The notes: a model not told the origin generated them from the sequence alone. 64,000 nucleotides of DNA from an uncultured Methylomirabilota bacterium (GCA_963845565.1 CAWJSJ010000005.1:928001-992000), one strand, 5' to 3'; shown: positions 1 through 10,928, numbered from the stretch's first letter. Made by a program: numbers and translations.

Positions 1-68
1 GCGGTCAGGACGGCCCACATGCCCCGCAGATCTTTCTTGCACACGCCACATCGGAAAGCCAGCGTCAT
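1..68 (-). CDS. N-terminus of a hypothetical protein with CxxC motif (runs off window edge)
   Basis: ATG at 68 reads MTLAFRCGVCKKDLRGMWAVLT; same strand as, and just downstream of, the 115..1290 gene. Confidence 0.35.
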   Translation of the reverse strand, partial: MTLAFRCGVCKKDLRGMWAVLT

Positions 69-114
69 CGTCCGGTGTCCGGGTCCCGTGAAATCTGTGG
101 ATTCATGACGGTGG

Positions 115-1290
115 TCAGTTCGCCGCTTCCAGGATGGCGCACTTCAGGTACTGCGTTTCCTTGGCGGCCAGCAGGATCGGGTGGTCGCGGGCCTGCGTCC
201 GAAGCTCCAGCAGGCGGAACTCCCTGTGGGCGTCCGCCGCGGCCGACCGCAGCATGTCCAGGAATGTCGGCGCGTCCACGTGGTACGAGCAGGAGCAGGT
301 GACGAGGATGCCGCCGGGACCGAGCAGCTTCATGGCGCGCAGGTTGATCTCGTTGTAGCCGCGGAGCGCCCCCTCCAACGCATCCCGCCCCTTCGTGAAC
401 GCCGGGGGGTCCAGGACGACGAGGCCGAAGTGCCGCCGTTCCCGACCGAAGGCGCGGAGCTGATCGAAGACGTTCGCCGGGGTGAACGCGCAGCGCGCGG
501 CGAGGCCGTTCCGCTCGGCCGATTGTGTCGCCCAGGCCAGGGCGTCCGCCGAGATGTCGATTCCCGTGACCGCCGTGGCGCCCCCGGATGCGGCGCTTAT
601 TGAAAATCCCCCTGAATAGCAGAAACAATCGAGGACCGCGCGGCCGCGGGCCAGGCGTCTGACGGCCTGCCGGTTCTCGCGCTGGTCCAGGAAGAAGCCG
701 GTTTTCTGGCCGGCCGCCACCTCGACGAAGAAGGCTTGGTCGTCCTCCTCGATCCAGACGCCGGTCTCCGCCGTTCCCCAGGCGAATCCCTTGCGGAGAT
801 CCAACCCCTCCAGTCGGCGCGCCGAGGAGTCGCTGCGCTCGTAGATGGCGCGCGGCTGCACGGTATTCCGCAACGCCGCGAGCACGGCATCGCGAAGTCG
901 CTCCATGCCCGCCGTCAGGATCTGCACCACCACGACGTCGCCGTACCGGTCTACGATCAGGCCCGGTAAATGGTCGCCTTCCCCGAACACCAGACGCGAC
1001 GCGCCGGCGCCCGAGACGGTCCGGCCGGCACGGGAAGCCGCCTCCCGGATACGCCGCTCCAGGAAGGCCGCGTCGACGGTCTCCTCCGTGCGTGCAAGCA
1101 GACGGCCGGCGATCTGGGACTTCAGGTTGACCATCGCCTGGCCCACGAACCGCCCGCGATGATCCTGGACGGCGGCGATCACGCCGGGAGCGGGGTCGCC
1201 CTCGATGTGAGCGATCTCGCTCCGATAGATCCACGGGTGACCGGCGTTCAGCCTGTGCTCTTTACCCGGGGCCAGCTTCACGATGACCAT
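115..1290 (-). CDS. rlmI: Class I SAM-dependent rRNA methyltransferase, RlmI/PUA-domain family
   Basis: GHPWIYRSEI start, GQKTGFFLDQRENR, VLDCFCYSGGF SAM motif, VVLDPPAF, TCSCS, YLKC. Confidence 0.88.
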   Translation of the reverse strand: MVIVKLAPGKEHRLNAGHPWIYRSEIAHIEGDPAPGVIAAVQDHRGRFVGQAMVNLKSQIAGRLLARTEETVDAAFLERRIREAASRAGRTVSGAGASRLVFGEGDHLPGLIVDRYGDVVVVQILTAGMERLRDAVLAALRNTVQPRAIYERSDSSARRLEGLDLRKGFAWGTAETGVWIEEDDQAFFVEVAAGQKTGFFLDQRENRQAVRRLARGRAVLDCFCYSGGFSISAASGGATAVTGIDISADALAWATQSAERNGLAARCAFTPANVFDQLRAFGRERRHFGLVVLDPPAFTKGRDALEGALRGYNEINLRAMKLLGPGGILVTCSCSYHVDAPTFLDMLRSAAADAHREFRLLELRTQARDHPILLAAKETQYLKCAILEAAN

Positions 1291-1374
1291 AGCTCACCTG
1301 GGGTCAGGAGTGTGGGTCTGGGGGTTGGGGAGGGGAGGGAGTATCGAGAAGGCTCGGCAGCGTTTCGCCGGCCT

Positions 1375-2490
1375 TCACGATTCCACCTTGGTCCACGGGA
1401 CGTACCGGAGGCGGTGCGCCTGCGACACCGGCTGGTGGGTGACCTGCCCGTGAATGACGTTGAGGCCCTTGGCGATCTCGGCGTTCTCGCGGGCCGCGGC
1501 CAGCCAGCCCTTGTCGGCGATCTGGACGGCGTACGGCGTGGTGACGTTGGTGAGGGCGAAGGTCGCGGTCCGAGCGTAGGCACCCGGCATGTTGGCCACA
1601 CAGTAATGGACCACGCCGTCCACCACGTAGGTCGGTTCGCTGTGGGTGGTCGGATGGGTCGTCTCGCAGCAGCCGCCCTGATCCACGGCCACGTCCACGA
1701 TCACGGCGCCCGGCTGCATCAGTTTCAACATGTCGCGGGTCACCAGGCGGGGGGCCCTCGCGCCATGGATCAGTACGGCGCCGATCAGGACGTCGGCGCG
1801 CCGGAGGCAACTTTCCAGGCTCATCCGGCTGGACATGAGGGTGGTGACGTTCTCGGGCAGGACCTCGTCCAGGTAGCGCATGCGGACCGGATTCGTCTCC
1901 AGCAGGTACACCCAGGCGCCCATTCCCGCTGCCACCCGGGCGGCGTTGTACCCCACGATGCCTCCGCCCAGGATCAGCACGGTGGCCGGGGGGACCCCCG
2001 GCACGCCGCCCATCAGTACGCCGCGACCACCGAGGGGTTTGGCGAGGTAGGTCGCCGCGATGTGGACGGCCATCCGGCCCGCCACTTCACTCATCGGCTC
2101 CAAGAGCGGCAGACGGCCGTCCGCCGTCTCGATGGTCTCGTAGGCGACGCCGACGACCTTCCGCGCGAGGAGGGCGTCGGTAAGGGTCTTGTCCGCCGCC
2201 AGGTGGAGATAGGTGAAGAGGATCTGTCCGGGACGCAGCAGCGGATACTCGGCGGGCAGCGGTTCCTTCACCTTCAGGATCAGCTCGGCACTCTTGAAGA
2301 CCTGGCGCGCCGTGGCCACGATCTTCGCGCCGACCGACTGGTAACTCTGGTCGCTGATACCGGAGCCGACCCCGGCGCCCTTCTGTACCAGGACCGTGTG
2401 ACCCCGGGACGCGAGCGCCTGCACGGTGGCGGGAATCGCGGCAACCCGGTTCTCGTTGTCCTTGATCTCCTTCGGCACCCCGATGATCAT
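1375..2490 (-). CDS. ald: Alanine dehydrogenase
   Basis: MIIGVPKEIKDNENRVA, FTYLHLAA, MSEVAGRMA, GGGIVG, DVAVDQGGC, HYCVANMPGA. Confidence 0.96.
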   Translation of the reverse strand: MIIGVPKEIKDNENRVAAIPATVQALASRGHTVLVQKGAGVGSGISDQSYQSVGAKIVATARQVFKSAELILKVKEPLPAEYPLLRPGQILFTYLHLAADKTLTDALLARKVVGVAYETIETADGRLPLLEPMSEVAGRMAVHIAATYLAKPLGGRGVLMGGVPGVPPATVLILGGGIVGYNAARVAAGMGAWVYLLETNPVRMRYLDEVLPENVTTLMSSRMSLESCLRRADVLIGAVLIHGARAPRLVTRDMLKLMQPGAVIVDVAVDQGGCCETTHPTTHSEPTYVVDGVVHYCVANMPGAYARTATFALTNVTTPYAVQIADKGWLAAARENAEIAKGLNVIHGQVTHQPVSQAHRLRYVPWTKVES

Positions 2491-2601
2491 GGACGTCACC
2501 CTCGTCGAGTGGTCAAAGAGGCAACTGGTCGATTAGTCAATTGGTCGACGGGCACCCCTCCGCATTGACCAATCGACTTCTCGACGAATTGACTGTGCCA
2601 A

Positions 2602-2753
2602 CACGATGCAGACGAACCTTCTTCTCCGCAGGCTGCTCAAAAAGGTCCAGATGCAAGGCGACACGCGATGGGCCGAGAGAGGCGTACTCCAGGTACGCCG
2701 CAACGAGTGCCCAAGCGCGTCAACGCCGCAGATGGGCCTTTTTCAGCAGCCTG
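2602..2753. repeat. Family A MITE/REP-like element, copy 1
   Basis: CAGGCTGCTCAAAAAGGTCCAGATGCAAGGCG...GCAGATGGGCCTTTTTCAGCAGCCTG; abuts nadE TAG stop. Confidence 0.9.
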
Positions 2754-3578
2754 CTACCGGCCCCAGTCGCGGGCGTACCGAAAGTCCCGATCAATCGTCC
2801 GCGACGAGATCTTGCCGATGACGGGCAGCCGCCGTTTGTACTGAGACCCTTGAATTTTCCGGGCGACCGCGCGCACGAACTTCTCATCGAAGAGATTCTC
2901 GGCGAGCAGCTCGCCGACTTCGTACCGCTGGTCTACGAGGAGGCAGAGGACTTTATCCACCGCTTCGTACGTGAACCCCAGCTCCGCCTCGTCGGTCTGG
3001 CCTTCCCAGAGGTCGGCGCTAGGCTGCTTGTCCACGATGACGGCCGGCACCCCCAGGTGGCGGGAGAGCTGGCGCACTTGGGTCTTGTAGAGATCGCCCA
3101 GCGGGTTCACCGCCGAGGCCATGTCGCCGTGCAGCGTGCCGTAGCCGAGCAGGAGTTCCGTCTTGTTGCTGGTGCCCAGGACCAACGCGCCCAGTCGCGC
3201 CGAATGGTCGAACAGGATGGTCATCCGCTCGCGGGCCATCTTGTTGCCGCGCCGCATCTGGTCGGCATCGGGGAACATGGCGAAGTAGGCGTCCACCATG
3301 GCGGTGATCTCGACCGTGAGGCTGTTGATGCCGAGCGCCTGCACCACCAGGGCGGCATGCTGGGCGCTCTCGGGGCTGGAGGTGCGGTACGGCATCAGGA
3401 TGCCCCACACGTTCTCGGGGCCCAGCGCCTCGGCGGCGAGGTACGCCGACAGGGAAGAGTCCACACCCCCCGAGAGGCCGACCACGAGGCGGTGAAAGCC
3501 GGCCTTTCGGACCTCGTTGTCGAGGAAGCCGGTCAGGACCTTGCGAACCGCCTGGCAATTGAGTTGAAGGTTGACCAT
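2754..3578 (-). CDS. nadE: NAD+ synthetase (synthetase subunit)
   Basis: [44 protein letters not shown]. Confidence 0.95.
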   Translation of the reverse strand: MVNLQLNCQAVRKVLTGFLDNEVRKAGFHRLVVGLSGGVDSSLSAYLAAEALGPENVWGILMPYRTSSPESAQHAALVVQALGINSLTVEITAMVDAYFAMFPDADQMRRGNKMARERMTILFDHSARLGALVLGTSNKTELLLGYGTLHGDMASAVNPLGDLYKTQVRQLSRHLGVPAVIVDKQPSADLWEGQTDEAELGFTYEAVDKVLCLLVDQRYEVGELLAENLFDEKFVRAVARKIQGSQYKRRLPVIGKISSRTIDRDFRYARDWGR

Positions 3579-3582
3579 GCGC

Positions 3583-4447
3583 CTACTCCCCGTCGGTTCG
3601 GCGGGCCTGCATGATGCGCGTGACCTCCCGCAGCGTCAGTTCCAGCCGCTCGTCCCGTAGGAGGGGATTGGCCACCCGCGCTCGGCGGAGGCTGCCGGGG
3701 TCCAAGGTCGGCCAGCAGCAGTTCCTCTTCCAGATACCGGGCCTTGGCGAGTGGCTCGCCCGAGGGGGCGACCGCTTCCGACCCACCCCAGAAGCAGGCG
3801 CCGTCCTCGTAGCCCACGCGGTTGGCGTAGATGACGAACGATGTCAGGAGGTCCCCGCACGTGCGTATGGTTCGCTCCCAGGTGGACGCGTTCTGGAAGG
3901 GCCCCGTCTGACCTAGGCCCCGGCCAGGGCTGGCGGACGGACACACGATGATCTCGGCACCGTCCCAGGCCGTGATGGCAGGGACGGTCGGATGCCACAG
4001 GTCCTCGCAGATCAGGATTGCCATGCGACCCAGCGCCGTGTCGAAGGCTCGGATCCGCTCCCCGGCGGCCAGGTAACGCGCCTCGTCGAAGATGCCGTAG
4101 GTGGGCAGGTAGACCTTGCGATGGATGTGCCGAATCTCGCCGCCCTCGAAGTAGGCCGAGGCGTTGTAAAAGCGGTGCCCGGGCGCCTCCTCGACGAAGC
4201 CCAGGACGAGAGCGATGCGTCGGCTGAGTTCCCGGAGTGGCTGAAGCGCGGGGGCGTCAGGCTGCAGGGCGACCGAGGGGACCTGGTCCTTGAGAAAATA
4301 GCCGGTCAGGCTGAGTTCCGGAAAGATCAAGAGGTTTGCCGACTGTGCGATAGCGTCGCCGGCCATCTTTTCGTGGAGGGCGAGATTCTTCGCGAGATCG
4401 CCGAGCGTCGGCGCGATCTGAGCCACGGCCACACGGAATCCGCGCAT
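3583..4447 (-). CDS. Nitrilase/CN-hydrolase family protein, probable glutaminase subunit of NAD synthetase; +1 frameshift near 3703
   Basis: [29 protein letters not shown] (E-K-C triad); plausible C-terminus ([19 protein letters not shown]) lies in another frame ending at 3583. Confidence 0.85.
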
Positions 4448-4639
4448 GGGGCTCTCCAGTGGTGTGAGGTCCGGTGTTTCACGCGATCGAGAGGCATCCT
4501 ACTACAGTTCCCGCCGCAACTCAACCGGGCCAGGTCGGAGACGCCCTGCGGCGTCGATCGTGCGCGAAGGCTGCAGGACGGCCTGGGCGACCGCGCGACC
4601 GCCCCGGGTGCGCCCGGTCATTCGGCGTCGAGACGCGGT

Positions 4640-5869
4640 TCAGGGCCGACTGACGATCCATTGATACACCGGTCGGGCGGAACGGAACGTCAAGACGGCG
4701 AGAACCGTTATGGCCGCCGTCATGTCAATGAACAGGATGACCATGGTGGCCCGCGGCCCGACGGTTTCGAAGAACTGTCCGATCAGCCAGGGCAGCACCA
4801 TGCCCCCGGCGCTGGCGCCCACGAAGAACCAACCGGTCACCGCGCCGGTGATCTGCATGCGGCCCTGGGCCAGGGACAGCGCAGCGGGAAAGATGGAGGC
4901 CATGGACAGGCCCACGCCGCAGGTGCCCACGAAGGTCGCGACCAGGGACCGCGAGCCGAGCAGGACCAGGCCGAGGCTGGCCAGGCAGCCGAGACAGTCG
5001 GCGAGCAGGACGGTGCGCGGTGGAAAGCGGATCGCCAGGGGCACCGCCAGCAGTCGGCCGACGGTCAGTGCCCCCCAGAACGTCGACGTGAGATACGCCG
5101 CGACGGTGCGGCTGGCCAGACCCAGCGCGACCGCGTACGAGTAGATCCAGCCTCCAAAGGCGACCTCTGCCCCCGTGTAGAGGAAGAAGAACAGGACAAT
5201 CAGGACCACCAGTCGCCCATGGCTTTCCGGACCCGACCGCGTGGCCGTAACCGATGCGCCGGCAGGGCTCGGCACGCATCTCAGCCAGAGGGCTCCCGGA
5301 AGCAGCAGCGCCGCGACGGTCCAGTAGGCGTGAACCAGACCGCCGCCCTGGAGCATCACCTGGGCAATGATGAGGGGCGACAGGAGCGCCCCCAGGCCGA
5401 AGAAGAAGTGGAGGGCGTTCATGAACGGCCCCACGCTGTCTCCATGCACCCATACCACCAGTGTGTTGCCGCCCACGTCCAGCGCGCCCTCGGCCAGACC
5501 CAGCATGAGAATGGCGGCGGCGAGCGTCCAGAGGTGCGGGACGACCGGGGCGAGTCCCATCATGCCGGCCATCAGCAGGAGGCCTCCGCCCATCACCGGA
5601 TGGCCGGGGATGCGGTCGTACAGCCTGCCGCCAAGCAGCGAACCCGCGAGGTATCCCAGGGAGCGCGCCACGAACAGGGCGCTGATCTGGGAGAGGCTGC
5701 TGCGGGTCTGCTCCGCGAGCGCCGGCAGCGTGGGCCCCAGCGAGGCCGAGGCCATGCCGAGGGCGATGAAGGCCGCAAAATATCCGATGGTCTTGAGGAG
5801 TGCGGCGCGGTGCCCGACCGGCGAGGTGCCCGGCGGATCGGATGCGGAGAGAGCCGATGTGTCGGTCAT
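4640..5869 (-). CDS. MFS transporter
   Basis: About 12 hydrophobic segments, GGRLYDRIPG MFS motif A. Confidence 0.9.
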   Translation of the reverse strand: MTDTSALSASDPPGTSPVGHRAALLKTIGYFAAFIALGMASASLGPTLPALAEQTRSSLSQISALFVARSLGYLAGSLLGGRLYDRIPGHPVMGGGLLLMAGMMGLAPVVPHLWTLAAAILMLGLAEGALDVGGNTLVVWVHGDSVGPFMNALHFFFGLGALLSPLIIAQVMLQGGGLVHAYWTVAALLLPGALWLRCVPSPAGASVTATRSGPESHGRLVVLIVLFFFLYTGAEVAFGGWIYSYAVALGLASRTVAAYLTSTFWGALTVGRLLAVPLAIRFPPRTVLLADCLGCLASLGLVLLGSRSLVATFVGTCGVGLSMASIFPAALSLAQGRMQITGAVTGWFFVGASAGGMVLPWLIGQFFETVGPRATMVILFIDMTAAITVLAVLTFRSARPVYQWIVSRP

Positions 5870-6723
5870 GGCCTGCCGCCGCGCGGGTTCTTCGTGGGGT
5901 CACAGGGCACGAGTGGGTATCGGAGGCACGCCTCATAGAGGGCCTCCACCGAGACGCGATGTGCGCCGAAGGGGCAGTGCACCGCTTTTCGGTGCTCGAA
6001 GTACCGTCCGGTCTGCTTCCCTCCGACAGATTCCAGGGCCAGCCACGCGGGTGTCTGCGCGCCCTCGTCCGGTGTCTGGGTGCCGCCGAACCCCAGGTTG
6101 CCGCTGAGTGCGGACCGGACGTCTCCGGGATGGCAGGCGTTGACGGTGACGCCGAAGGGTTTCAGCCTCTCGGCGAATGCCACCGTCAACATGCGGTCAG
6201 CCTGTTTTGACTGGCGATAGGCGTCGTTGTTGTTATACGGGCGCCGTCGGAATTCCAGGTCTCCGAGATCGAGATCGCCCGCCCAGTAGCTGGCGACGTT
6301 GACCACGCGAGCAGGCGCCGATCGCTGTAGGTGCTCCGTGAAGGCCTGCACCATCCAGAAATAGCCCAGGATGTTGGTGGCGCACTGCAACTCGATGCCG
6401 TCCGGGGTCTCTTGTCGCGTGCGAGGTGTGACGGCGGCGTTGTTGACCAGGACGTGAAGCGGACCGCGCCAGTCCGCAGCCAACGCCTCGATCGACGATC
6501 GGCGCGATACATCCACCGGAGCGTATCGGACCTTGGAGTTTCCCGTGGCGGTGACGATCTCCCTGACGGCCCGTTCCGCCTTGGCTTGGTCCCGGCAGGC
6601 GAGCACCACCTCACAATCTGGGTGCACGGCGATTTGTCGCGCGATTGCCCGGCCGATGGCACCGGTCGCACCCGTCACCAGAGCGACCCGGCGTTCGCCG
6701 TGGTGCGGCGCCGCTGGCGTCAC
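5866..6723 (-). CDS. Short-chain dehydrogenase/reductase (start uncertain)
   Basis: VTGATGAIG, NNAA, YRQSK catalytic motif, CHPG. Confidence 0.88.
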   Translation of the reverse strand: MTPAAPHHGERRVALVTGATGAIGRAIARQIAVHPDCEVVLACRDQAKAERAVREIVTATGNSKVRYAPVDVSRRSSIEALAADWRGPLHVLVNNAAVTPRTRQETPDGIELQCATNILGYFWMVQAFTEHLQRSAPARVVNVASYWAGDLDLGDLEFRRRPYNNNDAYRQSKQADRMLTVAFAERLKPFGVTVNACHPGDVRSALSGNLGFGGTQTPDEGAQTPAWLALESVGGKQTGRYFEHRKAVHCPFGAHRVSVEALYEACLRYPLVPCDPTKNPRGGRP

Positions 6724-6725
6724 GT

Positions 6726-7235
6726 TCAAAACTCCGCTGCCAGGCTGGTCAGGGCCGCACCGGTCAGCCGGTACATCGTCCACTCGTCCATGGGGGTGGC
6801 CCCGAGCTTGCGGTAGAACTGGATGGACGGGTCATTCCAGTCGAGCACGGACCACTCGACGCGGCCGCATTTCCGTTCGTGGGCCAGCTTGGCCAGATAG
6901 GTGAGCAGGATTTTGCCAAACCCGCGACCCCGCATCTCGGGCAGGACGAAGAGGTCTTCCAGGTAGATTCCGGGCCGGCCGAGGAACGTCGAATAGTTGT
7001 GAAAGAAGATGGCAAAGCCCACCGGTTCACCGCAGTAGTCCCCGATGATGACCTCGGCGACCTGGCGAGACCCAAAGAGCGTGTCGCGCAACAACTCCTC
7101 GGTGGCGGTTACCTCTTGGGTGAGGTTCTCATACTCGGCCAGCCCCTTGATGAATCGCAAGATCAGCGGGACATCCTGCGCGGTGGCAAGCCGGATGGTG
7201 AAGTCGAGGACTCGGGTGGGAATCAGTCCTGGCAC
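6726..7235 (-). CDS. GNAT N-acetyltransferase (diamine acetyltransferase-like)
   Basis: NYSTFLGRPGIYLEDLFV, RGRGFGK, WSVLDWN. Confidence 0.92.
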   Translation of the reverse strand: MPGLIPTRVLDFTIRLATAQDVPLILRFIKGLAEYENLTQEVTATEELLRDTLFGSRQVAEVIIGDYCGEPVGFAIFFHNYSTFLGRPGIYLEDLFVLPEMRGRGFGKILLTYLAKLAHERKCGRVEWSVLDWNDPSIQFYRKLGATPMDEWTMYRLTGAALTSLAAEF

Positions 7236-7317
7236 GTGTGCCTCCCTGTCGACAGGTGTTGTGGGCAGGGGTAACCCCCGATTCGCGGCGGCGATGACGG
7301 CAGCGCCGTCAGGCCTT

Positions 7318-7731
7318 TCACTCGGAAGTTTCCTCCGGGTTGTTCGCGAAGAACTCGATCGTTTCCCAGTAGATCAGCACCTGGCTGGCGAGGTCCAGGA
7401 CCCTGACCGTCGCGCCCAGCGTTCGGGCCGGCCAGCCGTCGAGCTCGACCATCAGGTGTCGCTCGGAGGGGATCGCCCCGGCCGGCACCAGCGGTGCCTC
7501 GCCGTCTACGATCTGCCAGACCGCCTTCAGGAGCGGGGTGGGCGGCAGGCGGCACGCATTCGGTCCGCCGGCCACCTCGATCCAGCTCGGCAAGTGGGCC
7601 GCGGTGGCGAAGAAGTCGAAGGCGAGGTGCGCGTCCCAGGGCGTCCGGCGCAGGCGCAGGAAGTCGCGCTGGAGCTTGGCGAGCAGGGCGTGGGGCCGCG
7701 CCAAGCCGGCCCCTTCCTCCTGGAAACTCAT
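7318..7731 (-). CDS. Hypothetical protein
   Basis: 137-aa ORF with GGAGG RBS, co-oriented between priA and the GNAT gene. Confidence 0.55.
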   Translation of the reverse strand: MSFQEEGAGLARPHALLAKLQRDFLRLRRTPWDAHLAFDFFATAAHLPSWIEVAGGPNACRLPPTPLLKAVWQIVDGEAPLVPAGAIPSERHLMVELDGWPARTLGATVRVLDLASQVLIYWETIEFFANNPEETSE

Positions 7732-7744
7732 TTCGTGATCCTCC

Positions 7745-7785
7745 AGCCCAGAGCATTCACGAATCCTTCGTGAATGCTCTGGGCT
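7745..7785. repeat. Perfect 19-bp inverted repeat (hairpin) at the priA stop
   Basis: AGCCCAGAGCATTCACGAA-tcc-TTCGTGAATGCTCTGGGCT. Confidence 0.85.
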
Positions 7786-10213
7786 AACACACCGATGCCG
7801 GGTCCACGTCCACGTCCAACCGGACGCCGCGGAAGAGGGGGGAGGCGCGCAGGCGGCGCGCCGCCTCGTGGACGCGGGTGTGAAGTTTTCGCTGATCCTG
7901 TCCGCATACCAGCAGATGCCATCGGTAGCGAGAGCGCAGGCGGTAGAGCGGGGCGGGCGCGGGCCCGCTCACGGAATCGGCGCGCATCCCGACCTCGCGG
8001 AAGAGCCGGGCCAGCTCCGTCGCGGCCGTTTCCGCTGCCTTCTCCTGCGGGCTGCTCAGCATCGCCAGGACGGCGCGGGAAAAGGGCGGCAGGCTCCGCT
8101 CCCGGCGCAAGGGACTCTCGGCCTCCCACATCGTGGCGTACTGCTGCCCTTGCACCGCGCGCAGGATGTAATGGTCCGGGTTGAAGGTCTGGATCAGCGC
8201 CGTGCCCGGCCGTGTGCCGCGCCCGGCTCTGCCCACCACCTGAGTAAAGAGGGCGAAGGCGCGTTCCCCCGCTCGAAAGTCCGGCAGGTGAAGCGCCATG
8301 TCGGCGGAGACGACACCGACCAGCGTGACATTCGGGACGTCGTGGCCCTTGCCGATCATCTGCGTTCCGACGAGGATGTCGATCTCGCCCTGCGTCAAGC
8401 GGTGGAGAATCCGCTCGGCGGCACGCCAGTTTCCGGTCGTGTCTCGATCCATGCGGTCCACCCGCGCCTTGGGGAACCGCTCGCGCACGGCGGCCTCGAG
8501 CTGCTGGGTCCCGAACCCCAGGTACCGCAACCGGGTCCCGTGGCAGTCCGGACACTGCGCCGGCGGCCGCCGTTCGAAGCTGCACGTGTGGCAGCAAAGC
8601 CGACCGCGGGCGGCGTGATAGGTGAGCGAGATGCTACAGCGGGGGCAATCCAGCGTGGCGCCGCACTCCTCACAGAGCAGCAGCGTGGAGAAGCCGCGCC
8701 GGTTGAGAAAGAGCAGCGACTGCTCGCTGCGGGCGAGCCGCTCGGCGATGGCGTCGCAGAGCGGCGGCGAGAGCAGGCGCTCCCCCCCGTCCACCCGGCG
8801 AAGATCCACGATCTCGACCCGGGGAAGCGGTCGGGCCTCGATCCGCTCCGGCAGCCGCACCAGCGCATACCGCCCGGCCTGCGCCCGCTCGAAGCTCTCC
8901 AGGGACGGGGTGGCCGACCCCAGAATCACCGGCGCGTCCAGCGATTTCGCTCGCATGATGGCGACGTCCCGGCCGTGATACCGGGGGGTGTCGTCCTGCT
9001 TGTACGAGGGATCGTGCTCCTCGTCCACGACCAGGATGCCCAGGCGGGGCAGGGGGGCAAAGACGGCGGAGCGCGCGCCCACCACGATGTCCGCCCCGCC
9101 GCCCTTGATGCGGCGCCAGGTATCGAACCGTTCCCCGCCCCGCAGGCCGCTGTGCAGGACCGCCACCCGACTGCCGAACCGCGCCAGGAAGCGTTGCACG
9201 GCGAGCGGCGTCAGCGAGATCTCGGGGACCAGCACCAGCGCCTGCTGTCCATGCGCCAGCGCGGTCTCGATGGCCTGAAGGTACACCTCGGTCTTGCCGG
9301 AGCCGGTCACGCCGTGGAGCAGGATCGGGGCGAAGCGACGGCCGGCGAGCGCCTGCCGGATGACCTGGAGGGCCTCGGACTGGGCGGGCGCGAGCCGCTT
9401 CGGGGCGTCGCGCGGTTCCGTCGTGGCGGCGAGGGGATCCCGTGTCATTTCGACATCCCGGATCCGGACCAGGCCGCCCCGGATCAGTGCGGCGAGGGCG
9501 GCGGGACTTCCCGCGCCGGCCTCTGTCCGCGGCAGGCCGTCCGGCGCCGCGGCCAGGGATCGCAGGATGGCGCGCCGCTTCACGGCGCGCGACGGGAGCG
9601 CAGCGGCGTCGGGATCCACGCCGGGGGCCAAGACGCAATACGCGACGGAAAGCGGCCGGACACGGGGGGGCCGCAGGTCGGCGGTCACCGCCAGCAGACC
9701 TCGCCGGGCAAGGAGATGGACCAGGGCCGGTGCATTGGGCCAGCGTCGCGTCAGCGTGGCGATCGGAACGCTGACGCGCGTGCCCACCAGGGCGAGGAGG
9801 TCGCGCTCGCCCGGTCGCAGGATCCCATTGCCGTCCAGGGCGACCTGCCCCGCACTTGTCAGGCGCACGACGCGTCGAATGAGGGTATCGATGCCGGGCG
9901 GGAGGGCGGTGCGGATCACCTCGCCCCACGGGCACATGTAGTAGTCGGCCACCCAGCGCGTGAGCGCGAGGAGATGTGCATCCAGGAGCGGCTCCGCGTC
10001 CAGGATCTCGCACAGCTCCTTGGTGTCCGCCACCGGGGCATGGTCGCGCGTCTCCACGAGGTACCCGGTGACGGCGCGCCGCCCCAGCGGCGCCAGCACG
10101 CGCTTCCCGGGTGTCGCCAGGTCGCGCCAGGCCTCCGGGACGCGGTAGGTGAGGACCGACGCCACCGAGGCGGGGAATGCGACATCAACGAAAGCGGGCA
10201 GCGTGGAGGTCAT
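7784..10213 (-). CDS. priA: Primosomal protein N' (replication restart helicase)
   Basis: GVTGSGKTEVY, VDEEHD, SATPSLES, CxxC zinc clusters, GTQMIGKGHD. Confidence 0.97.
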   Translation of the reverse strand: MTSTLPAFVDVAFPASVASVLTYRVPEAWRDLATPGKRVLAPLGRRAVTGYLVETRDHAPVADTKELCEILDAEPLLDAHLLALTRWVADYYMCPWGEVIRTALPPGIDTLIRRVVRLTSAGQVALDGNGILRPGERDLLALVGTRVSVPIATLTRRWPNAPALVHLLARRGLLAVTADLRPPRVRPLSVAYCVLAPGVDPDAAALPSRAVKRRAILRSLAAAPDGLPRTEAGAGSPAALAALIRGGLVRIRDVEMTRDPLAATTEPRDAPKRLAPAQSEALQVIRQALAGRRFAPILLHGVTGSGKTEVYLQAIETALAHGQQALVLVPEISLTPLAVQRFLARFGSRVAVLHSGLRGGERFDTWRRIKGGGADIVVGARSAVFAPLPRLGILVVDEEHDPSYKQDDTPRYHGRDVAIMRAKSLDAPVILGSATPSLESFERAQAGRYALVRLPERIEARPLPRVEIVDLRRVDGGERLLSPPLCDAIAERLARSEQSLLFLNRRGFSTLLLCEECGATLDCPRCSISLTYHAARGRLCCHTCSFERRPPAQCPDCHGTRLRYLGFGTQQLEAAVRERFPKARVDRMDRDTTGNWRAAERILHRLTQGEIDILVGTQMIGKGHDVPNVTLVGVVSADMALHLPDFRAGERAFALFTQVVGRAGRGTRPGTALIQTFNPDHYILRAVQGQQYATMWEAESPLRRERSLPPFSRAVLAMLSSPQEKAAETAATELARLFREVGMRADSVSGPAPAPLYRLRSRYRWHLLVCGQDQRKLHTRVHEAARRLRASPLFRGVRLDVDVDPASVC

Positions 10214-10244
10214 GGGCGCGTGCGGTCTGTGGGAGGCAATCGGT

Positions 10245-10928
10245 TCAGGCCTGCAGATGGCGCAGGAGGAGCTTCATGTCCTCCCAGACCGTCTTCTTTT
10301 CGCTGGGATTCCGCAGCAGGAACGCCGGATGGAACGTGGGCAAGAGCGGAATCCCGTGGAAGTCGTGAAATCGGCCACGCAGACGCGAGATGGTCTCCTT
10401 GGTCTGGAGGAGCGTCTGCGTGGCGGGTCCGCCCAGGGCGCAGATGAACTTGGGCCCGATGGCCTGGAGCTGCTGCAGCAGGAACGGCTGGCAGGCCACG
10501 ATCTCGTCCGCCTCGGGTGTGCGATTGCTGGGGGGCCGACATTTGATGATATTGCAGATGTATACGTCCTCCCGGCGGAGGCCCATCGCCTCGATGATCT
10601 TGGTGAGGAGTTGCCCGGCGCGGCCCACGAAGGGCTCGCCCTGGGCGTCCTCATCGGCGCCCGGCGCCTCGCCCACGAAGACCAGCCGGGCCGCGGGGTT
10701 TCCGACTCCGAAGACGATCTGGGTGCGCCCGGCGTGCAGCTTGCAGCGGGTGCACTCGCCCAGTTCTTCTCGGACCTGCTCCAGGGTCGGGCGGACCACC
10801 GGCGTCGGGGCCGCCGGCTCCGGCCAGCGGAGGTCGGTGTGCTCCACGCCGAGCTCCTGTTGCAGGGCGAGATGGCCGCGCACCTGTCCGACGATTTCGC
10901 ACAGTTCTTGCCGGGGATCCTTGTCCAT
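10245..10928 (-). CDS. Uracil-DNA glycosylase, family 4
   Basis: [36 protein letters not shown]. Confidence 0.94.
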   Translation of the reverse strand: MDKDPRQELCEIVGQVRGHLALQQELGVEHTDLRWPEPAAPTPVVRPTLEQVREELGECTRCKLHAGRTQIVFGVGNPAARLVFVGEAPGADEDAQGEPFVGRAGQLLTKIIEAMGLRREDVYICNIIKCRPPSNRTPEADEIVACQPFLLQQLQAIGPKFICALGGPATQTLLQTKETISRLRGRFHDFHGIPLLPTFHPAFLLRNPSEKKTVWEDMKLLLRHLQA

